DNA of 64,000 nt from contig NC_043013.1 of assembly GCF_006345805.1 (NCBI RefSeq), forward strand, positions 57,288,001 to 57,352,000. Direction: 5' to 3'. The notes beneath the pieces are model-generated. The model saw only the letters and a list, made by a program, of their open reading frames with translations, did not search any database and was not told the DNA's origin. Shown here one piece after another: positions 54,601 through 64,000 of the stretch; positions within the stretch are counted from its first letter, which is position 1, and the number at the start of each line of letters is the position of its first letter. This stretch comes from Octopus sinensis. Taxonomy: Eukaryota. A program made the translations under genes and the position numbers.

Positions 54601-57600
54601 TGATGCTTATGATGCTTATGAGGCTTATGATGCTTATGATGCTTATGATGCTTATGATGCTTATGATGCTTATGAGGCTTATGATGCTTATGATGCTTAT
54701 GATGCTTATGATGCTTATGATGCTTATGATGCTTATGAGGCTTATGATGCTTATGATGCTTATGATGCTTATGAGGCTTATGATGCTTATGATGCTTATG
54801 ACGCTTATGATGCTTATGATGCTTATGAGGCTTATGATGCTTATGATGCTTATGATGCTTATGATGCTTATGATGCTTATGAGGCTTATGATGCTTATGA
54901 TGCTTATGATGCTTATGAGTTATGATGCTTATGATGCTTACGATGCTTATGATGCTTATGATGCTTATGATGCTTATGATGCTTATGAGGCTTATGATGC
55001 TTATGATGCTTATGATGCTTATGATGCTTATGATGCTTATGATGTTATGATGATGCTTATGATGCTTATGATGCTTATGATGCTTATGATGCTTATTTTG
55101 CTTATGAGGCTTATGATGCTTATGATGCTTATGATGCTTATGATGCTTATGATGCTTATGAGCTTATGATGCTTATGATGCTTATGATGCTTATGATGCT
55201 GCTTATGATGCTTATGATGCTTATGATGCTTATGAGGCTTATGAGGCTTATGATGCTTATGATGCTTATGATGCTTATGATGCTTATGATGCTTATGATG
55301 CTTATGATGCTTATGAGGCTTATGATGCTTATGATGCTTATGATGCTTATGATGCTTATGATGCTTTGATGCTTATGATGCTTATGATGCTTATGATGCT
55401 TTGATGCTTATGATGCTTATGATGTTATGAGGCTTATGATGCTTATGATGCTTATGATGCTTATGATGCTTATGAGGCTTATGATGCTTATGATGCTTAT
55501 GAGCTTATGATGCTTATGATGCTTATGATGCTTATGATGCTTATGGCTTATGATGCTTATGATGCTTATGATGCTTATGATGCTTATGATGCTTATGAGG
55601 CTTATGATGCTTATGATGCTTATGATGCTTATGATGATGCTTATGATGCTTATGAGGCTTATGATGCTTATGATGCTTATGATGCTTATGAGCTTATGAT
55701 GCTTATGATGCTTATGATGCTTACGATGCTTACGATGCTTATGATGCTTATGATGCTTATGAGGCTTATGATGCTTATGATGCTTATGATGCTTATGATG
55801 CTTATGATGCTTATGATGCTTATGAGGCTTATGATGCTTATGATGCTTATGATGCTTATGATGCTTATGAGGCTTATGATGCTTATGATGCTTATGATGC
55901 TTATGATGCTTATGATGCTTATGAGGCTTATGATGCTTATGATGCTTATGATGCTTATGATGCTTATGATGCTTATGATGCTTATGATGCTTATGATGCT
56001 TATGAGGCTTATGATGCTTATGATGCTTATGATGCTTATGATGCTTATGATGCTTATGATGCTTATGATGCTTATGATGCTTATGATGCTTATGATGCTT
56101 ATGATGCTTATGATGCTTTTGATGCTTATGATGCTTATGAGCTTATGATGCTTATGATGCTTATGATGCTTATGATGCTTATGATGCTTATGATGCTTAT
56201 GATGCTTATGAGCTTATGATGCTTATGAGGCTTATGATGCTTATGAGGCTATGATGCTTATGATGCTTATGATGCTTATGATGCTTATGATGCTTATGAT
56301 GCTTATGATGCTTATGATGCTTATGATGCTTATGAGGCTTATGATGCTTATGATGCTTATGATGCTTATGATATGAGGCTTATGATGCTTATGATGCTTA
56401 TGATGCTTATGATGCTTATGATGCTTATGATGCTTATGAGGCTTATGATGCTTATGATGCTTATGATGCTTATGATGCTTATGATGCTTATGATGCTTAT
56501 GAGGCTTATGATGCTTATGATGCTTATGATGCTTATGATGCTTATGATGCTTATGATGCTTATGAGGCTTATGATGCTTATGATGCTTATGATGCTTATG
56601 ATGCTTATGATGCTTATGATGCTTATGATGCTTATGAGGTTATGATGCTTATGATGCTTATGATGCTTATGATGCTTATGATGCTTATGATGCTTATGAT
56701 GCTTATGAGGCTTATGATGCTTATGATGCTTATGATGCTTATGATGCTTATGATGCTTATGATGCTTATGAGGCTTATGATGCTTATGAGGCTTATGATG
56801 CTTATGATGCTTATGAGGCTTATGATGCTTATGATGCTTATGATGCTTATGATGCTTATGATGCTTATGATGCTTATGATGCTTATGAGGCTTATGATGC
56901 TTATGATGCTTATGATGCTTATGAGGCTTATGATGCTTATGATGCTTATGATGCTTATGATGCTTATGATGCTTATGATGCTTATGAGGCTTATGATGCT
57001 TATGATGCTTATGATGCTTATGATGCTTATGATGCTTATGATGCTTATGATGCTTATGAGGCTTATGATGCTTATGATGCTTATGATGCTTATAATGCTT
57101 ATGATGCTTATGATGCTTATGAGGCTTATGATGCTTATGATGCTTATGATGCTTATGATGCTTATGATGCTTATGATGCTTATGATGCTTATGAGGCTTA
57201 TGATGCTTATGATGCTTATGATGCTTATGATGCTTATGATGCTTATGATGCTTATGAGGCTTATGATGCTTATGATGCTTATGATGCTTATGAGGCTTAT
57301 GATGCTTATGATGCTTATGAGGCTTATGATGCTTATGATGCTTATGATGCTTATGAGGCTTATGATGCTTATGATGCTTATGATGCTTATGATGCTTATG
57401 ATGCTTATGATGCTTATGAGGCTTATGATGCTTATGATGCTTATATGATGTATGAGCTTATGATGCTTATGAGGCTTATGATGCTTATGATGCTTATGAT
57501 GCTTATGAGTCTTATGATGCTTATGATGCTTATGATGCTTACGATGCTTACGATGCTTATGATGCTTATGATGCTTATGAGGCTTATGATGCTTATGATG

Positions 57601-60600
57601 CTTATGATGCTTATGATGCTTATGATGTTTATGAGGCTTATGATGCTTATGATGCTTATGATGCTTATGATGCTTATGATGCTTATGAGGCTTATGATGC
57701 TTATGATGCTTATGATGCTTATGATGCTTATGATGCTTATGAGGCTTATGATGCTTATGATGCTTATGATGCTTATGAGGCTTATGATGCTTATGATGGT
57801 TATGATGCTTATGATGCTTATGATGCTTATGATGCTTATGAGGCTTATGATGCTTATGATGCTTATGATGCTTATGATGCTTATGATGCTTATGATGCTT
57901 ATGATGCTTATGATGCTTATGATGCTTATGATGCTTATGATGCTTATGATGCTTATGATGCTTATGATGCTTATGATGTTTATGAGGCTTATGATGCTTA
58001 TGATGCTTATGATGCTTATGATGCTTATGATGCTTATGATGCTTATGAGGCTTATGATGCTTATGAGGCTTATGATGCTTATGATGCTTATGAGGCTTAT
58101 GATGCTTATGATGCTTATGATGCTTATGATGCTTATGATGCTTATGATGCTTATGAGGCTTACGATGCTTATGATGCTTATGATGCTTATGAGGCTTATG
58201 ATGCTTATGATGCTTATGATGCTTATGATGCTTATGATGCTTATGATGCTTATGAGGCTTATGATGCTTATGATGCTTATGATGCTTATGATGCTTATGA
58301 TGCTTATGATGCTTATGATGCTTATGAGGCTTATGATGCTTATGATGCTTATGATGCTTATGATGCTTATGATTTTATGATGCTTATGAGGCTTATGATG
58401 CTTATGATGCTTATGATGCTTATGATGCTTATGATGCTTATGATGCTTATGATGCTTATGAGGCTATGATGATGCTTATGATGCTTATGATGCTTATGAT
58501 GCTTATGATGCTTATGATGCTTATGATGCTTATGAGGCTTATGATGCTTATGATGCTTATGATGCTTATGATGCTTATGATGCTTATGATGCTTATGAGG
58601 CTTATGATGCTTATGATGCTTATGAGGCTTATGATGCTTATGATGCTTATGATGCTTATGATGCTTATGAGGCTTATGATGCTTATGATGCTTATGATGC
58701 TTATGATGCTTATGATGCTTATGATGCTTATGATGCTTATGATGCTTATGATGCTTATGATGCTTATGATGCTTATGATGCTTATGAGGCTTATGATGCT
58801 TATGATGCTTATGAGGCTTATGATGCTTATGATGCTTATGATGCTTATGATGCTTATGATGCTTATGATGCTTATGAGGCTTATGATGCTTATGATGCTT
58901 ATGATGCTTATGATGCTTATGATGCTTATGATGCTTATGATGCTTATGATGCTTATGAGGCTTATGATGCTTATGATGCTTATGATGCTTATGATGCTTA
59001 TGATGCTTATGAGGCTTATGATGCTTATGATGCTTATGATGCTTATGAGGCTTATGATGCTTATGATGCTTATGATGCTTATGATGCTTATGAGGCTTAT
59101 GATGCTTATGATGCTTATGATGCTTATGATGCTTATGATGCTTATGATGCTTATGATGCTTATGATGCTTATGATGCTTATGAGGCTTATGATGCTTATG
59201 ATGCTTATGATGCTTATGATGCTTATGATGCTTATGATGCTTATGATGCTTATGATGCTTATGATGCTTATGATGCTTATGAGCTTATGATGCTTATGAT
59301 GCTTATTAGCTTATGATGCTTATGATGCTTATGAGGCTTATGATGCTTATGATGCTTATGATGCTTATGATGCTTATGAGGCTTATGATGCTTATGATGC
59401 TTATGATGCTTATGATGCTTATGAGGCTTATGATGCTTATGATGCTTATGATGCTTATGATGCTTATGAGGCTTATGATGCTTATGATGCTTATGATGCT
59501 TATGATGCTTATGATGCTTATGATGCTTATGAGGCTTATGATGCTTATGATGCTTATGATGCTTATGATGCTTATGAGGCTTATGATGCTTATGATGCTT
59601 ATGATGCTTATGATGCTTATGATGCTTATGAGGCTTATGATGCTTATGATGCTTATGATGCTTATGATGCTTATGATGCTTATGAGACTTATGATGCTTA
59701 TGATGCTTATGATGCTTATGATGCTTATGAGGCTTATGATGCTTATGATGCTTATGATGCTTATGATGCTTATGATGCTTATGAGGCTTATGATGCTTAT
59801 GATGCTTATGATGCTTATGATGCTTATGATGCTTATGATGCTTATGATGCTTATGATGCTTATGAGGATTTATGTATGAGGCTTATGATGCTTATGATGC
59901 TTATGATGCTTATGATGCTTATGATGCTTATGATGCTTATGATGCTTATGATGCTTATGATGCTTATGATGCTTATGAGGCTTATGAGGCTTATGATGCT
60001 TATGATGCTTATGATGCTTATGATGCTTATGATGCTTATGAGGCTTATGATGCTTATGATGCTTATGATGCTTATGATGCTTATGATGCTTATGAGGCTT
60101 ATGATGCTTATGATGCTTATGATGCTTATGATGCTTATGATGCTTATGATGCTTATGAGGCTTATGATGCTTATGATGCTTATGATGCTTATGAGGCTTA
60201 TGATGCTTATGATGCTTATGATGCTTATGATGCTTATGATGCTTATGATGCTTATGAGGCTTATGAGGCTTATGATGCTTATGATGCTTATGATGCTTAT
60301 GATGCTTATGAGGCTTATGATGCTTATGATGCTTATGATGCTTATGATGCTTATGATGCTTATGAGGCTTATGATGCTTATGATGCTTATGATGCTTATG
60401 ATGCTTATGATGCTTATGATGCTTATGATGCTTATGATGCTTATGAGGCTTATGATGCTTATGATGCTTATGAGGCTTATGATGCTTATGATGCTTATGA
60501 TGCTTATGATGCTTATGAGGCTTATGATGCTTATGATGCTTATGATGCTTATGATGCTTATGATGCTTATGATGCTTATGATGCTTATGATGCTTATGAT

Positions 60601-61637
60601 GCTTATGATGCTTATGATGCTTATGATGCTTATGATGCTTATGATGCTTATGAGGCTTATGATGCTTATGATGCTTATGATGCTTATGAGGCTTATGATG
60701 CTTATGATGCTTATGATGCTTATGATGCTTATGATGCTTATGAGGCTTATGAGGCTTATGATGCTTATGATGCTTATGATGCTTATGATGCTTATGATGC
60801 TTATGAGGCTTATGATGCTTATGATGCTTATGATGCTTATGAGGCTTATGATGCTTATGATGCTTATGATGCTTATGTTGCTTATGAGGCTTATGATGCT
60901 TATGATGCTTATGATGCTTATGATGCTTATGATGCTTATGATGCTTATGAGGCTTATGATGCTTATGATGCTTATGATGCTTATGATGCTTATGATACTT
61001 ATGAGGCTTATGATGCTTATGATGCTTATGAGGCTTATGATGCTTATGATGCTTATGATGCTTATGATGCTTATGAGGCTTATGATGCTTATGATGCTTA
61101 TGATGCTTATGATGCTTATGAGGCTTATGATGCTTATGATGCTTATGAGGCTTATGATGCTTATGATGCTTATGATGCTTATGAGGCTTATGATGCTTAT
61201 GATGCTTATGATGCTTATGATGATTATGATGCTTATGATGCTTATGATGCTTATGAGGCTTATGATGCTTATGATGCTTATGATGCTTATGATGCTTATG
61301 ATGCTTATGATGCTTATGAGGCTTATGATGCTTGCTTATGCGGCTTATGAGGCTTATGATGCTTATGATGCTTATGATGCTTATGATGCTTATGATGCTT
61401 ATGAGGCTTATGATGCTTATGATGCTTATGATGCTTATGATGCTTATGATGCTTATGATGCTTATGAGCTTATGATGCTTATGATGCTTATGATGCTTAT
61501 GATGCTTATGATGATGCTTATGATGCTTATGATGCTTATGAGGCTTATGATGCTTATGATGCTTATGATGCTTATGATGCTTATAATGCTTATGATGCTT
61601 ATGAGGCTTATGATGCTTATGATGCTTATGAAGCTTA
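45644..61637. repeat. 9-bp tandem satellite TATGATGCT with frequent TATGAGGCT variant, ~16 kb (~1,775 units)
   Basis: Directly visible; occasional 8- or 10-bp units shift the register. Confidence 0.99.
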
Positions 61638-62772
61638 GGCCAGAATAAGACTTGGAAGTATTTGTAGTTGTTTGTCATACTTAGAAAATTTAAACTAACA
61701 ACCAACCATCAGTTAAAGTCATTTTTTCCCCTTCATATATATATCTTTTAGGCTTTTTTGAATTATTTAATTTCCAAACAATCCTCTCCTCTTATGTCTT
61801 AAATATATTCTTTTATTCATTGCTTTAGGATCTCTGGAAAAAATATATTCATAATAACTGATAAGATCAAAATATGACTGAAATATATCCTGAGTTGTGT
61901 CTTACATTTACTGCAAAATATCTCTCCAATATTAGTCATTCATTAATAAACGGTTATATTCTACCATGCACTCAGTTCTAGTTAGTTTCTAAATAATTCA
62001 ATTACTAAATATGTTAGCACTAACTTAACTAATGAGTCTGTCAGTTGGTAGTTTAGTTTAGCATTTAATTTGCAGCAGATTGAAAAGACAACAGCCAGTA
62101 TTGTATCACAGACAATGATATGGAAGCAGCATGCATTAAGTATATTATATCACCGACTTTGTTATTTGAATTTTAAGCAGAGTTCTATAGAAGAGTTTCT
62201 GTCAGTTTGAAAGTTTGTTAATATGAAAATAGACAAGTAACAACCACTTTCTCTCATGCTAATATTTCAGCAGCACTTCAGCATTGGTAAATGATGGAAG
62301 ATTTCGTTAGCCTGAGATGGCAGCTCTGCTACTTGGTTGTTTGCCATTCATGGCATTGACCTAGCTACTAAACATCAACTTTGATATCGCTCTTCTATGC
62401 AAACAACTTCTTATAATAATATTTATTTCTAATTTCCATAAATTCTCCAGAAATTTGAAAAGTACTGATAGCATAGAAGAAAAGGAAAACAGAATGAGAT
62501 TTCTGTGTGTGTGCTTTGGCGGCGGGGTGGGGGGTAGTAGACAGTATAGTGAATGTATAATACATCGTTATGTTTAGGAACTTAATTAATTTATTTTGTT
62601 CTGTAAATAATTAATGATTGATGTATCTTGTGTTATATCTTAGGAAATTTGAACATATTTCTTTGTGACAATAAAACTGCAAAGCCAAAAAGAATATAGT
62701 GGAATAATGTTCTAAATATTGGACACTGAAGTTCTAATAGCCAAGAAATCTGTTGCAGGAAGTGCAGGAAGT

Positions 62773-62930
62773 CTCCCCGTAACTTAGCGGTTCGGCAAAA
62801 GAGACCAATAGAATAAGTACTAGGCTTACAAAGAATAAGTCCTGGGGTTGATTTGCTCGACTAAAAGGCGGTGCTCCAGCATGGCCACAGTCAAATAACT
62901 GAAACAAGTAAAAGAGTAAAAGAGAGAGTA
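62773..62930 (+). mobile_element. SINE 3' half (family of 28039-28640)
   Basis: TAACTTAGCGGTTCGGCAAAAGAGACC...GGCGGTGCTCCAGCATGGCC...AAGTAAAAGAGTAAAAGAG. Confidence 0.75.
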
Positions 62931-63058
62931 AATGTTCATATTGACTTGAAATATTTTTTGGTTTAACACCCAACTCTTTGATTCTCAGGTACATTTAGTT
63001 GATAATACTCTACTGCAAGCTCCTGGTTCACATGTTTGGTCTGAGGATAACTTCATAC

Positions 63059-63184
63059 CAGTTGCCAATTCCATGAAAAAGGCCTTAAGCACTGCCCTTC
63101 CTTCAGTTATTTGATGTAAAGTACAAAGGTCAGTTATTTCTTTGAGAAAGATGGTAGCACTTCTGTATGGTTGGATTCTGATAA
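63059..63184 (-). CDS. Candidate internal coding exon (126 nt, phase 1-1) of an unidentified host gene
   Basis: Acceptor GTAACTTTTACTGTTTTCTCTCTTCCCAG, donor ACTG|GTATGA; only one of three frames is open: xIRIQPYRSATIFLKEITDLCTLHQITEGRAVLKAFFMELAT. No homolog recognised. Confidence 0.5.
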
Positions 63185-63619
63185 CTGGGAAGAGAGAAAA
63201 CAGTAAAAGTTACTGTTGCTGTTGTTGTCTTTATTGGTTTTATTTATCCCCAGGTCAACATGGATTGACTCAACCAAGACACAGAGGGGTTCCATCCACA
63301 ACCATTTTAGGATTTTTTTTTATATTTCAAACTGTTTTGTTTCACATGTCCTTCAAATCTTTAATGAGATATTAATTACTTGTATGTAATAATTGATGAA
63401 AATGGAAAAAAGCGAAACATAAAAGAGCTTTGGATTCTAATGAAGAAAATTTATAAATTTATTTCTATTGAAAGCAAGTACATTGACCCTTGTGTTAAGC
63501 AACAACTTAGTATGATATGGTGTAAACCTATAAAATTACTTTCATATATTCTAGATTCATACAGAACTGCTGAGAAAGAATGGTTATAAGCATTAAAAAG
63601 GATTAAAAAGTATATCCGG

Positions 63620-63740
63620 TTAGTAGAGATCCTCTTTATAAAGCTTCAAGCAGCAAACTTTTGAGTTAATAAACAATCTGTCATTGAGGAAATCTTCATC
63701 TACTTTGATGGAAGACAATATCTTAAGAAACATTGGTTTC
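63620..63740 (+). pseudogene. Possible piggyBac-like transposase remnant
   Basis: DPLYK followed in another frame by SVIEEIFIYFDGRQYLKKH, loosely like the D.LYK / SIDE..I.F.GR..LKQ motifs. Weak. Confidence 0.25.
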
Positions 63741-64000
63741 AGTTTGATATCAATATAGAAGAAATGACAAACCACATGATGTTAAATTTATATCCTGATA
63801 TTGCAATAATACAGCTGGGATTGTTAAGGATCAACAGGATATGTTAACTGATGGAGACGAAGCATAGATTGATACAAATATATTGAGAGAGATCAATATA
63901 CGGAATCAGTTCATCAAGTTTTGAATGATATCCCAGGCTCAGTTAATAAGATTGGAATTTGCCGACCAATACAGGTAACAAATATGGCAAATAGTGTCAG

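Noticed and set aside
45644-61637. Met/Leu-rich, His/Lys-rich and other giant ORFs, or a telomeric array
   Set aside because: The ORFs follow from a 9-bp unit with frequent register shifts. The unit is not TTAGGG and the array is flanked by ordinary sequence on both sides.

Overview
Eukaryotic, AT-rich, repeat-dominated genomic DNA. It is most likely an octopus or other coleoid cephalopod; this is inferred from recalled SINE families and microsatellite density, not from a search. No complete protein-coding gene is visible, and almost all long ORFs in the track are translations of tandem repeats. Main contents, left to right: (1) a 5'-truncated Penelope-like retroelement (RT + GIY-YIG) between ~815-bp inverted repeats, each carrying a minimal hammerhead-ribozyme fold with a compensatory U3-A8 core; (2) a ~10-kb cluster of six co-oriented R4/Dong-type restriction-like-endonuclease LINE copies interleaved with (TAA)n tracts, one full-length but inactivated; (3) a 100-N gap followed by a 4.5-kb 21-bp satellite that ends inside one arm of a foldback inverted repeat; (4) scattered RTE, mariner, SINE and MITE-like remnants; (5) a 16-kb 9-bp satellite (TATGATGCT/TATGAGGCT) with internal higher-order duplications; (6) one plausible 126-nt host exon on the minus strand near the right end. 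Boundaries of decayed repeats were read by eye and are approximate.
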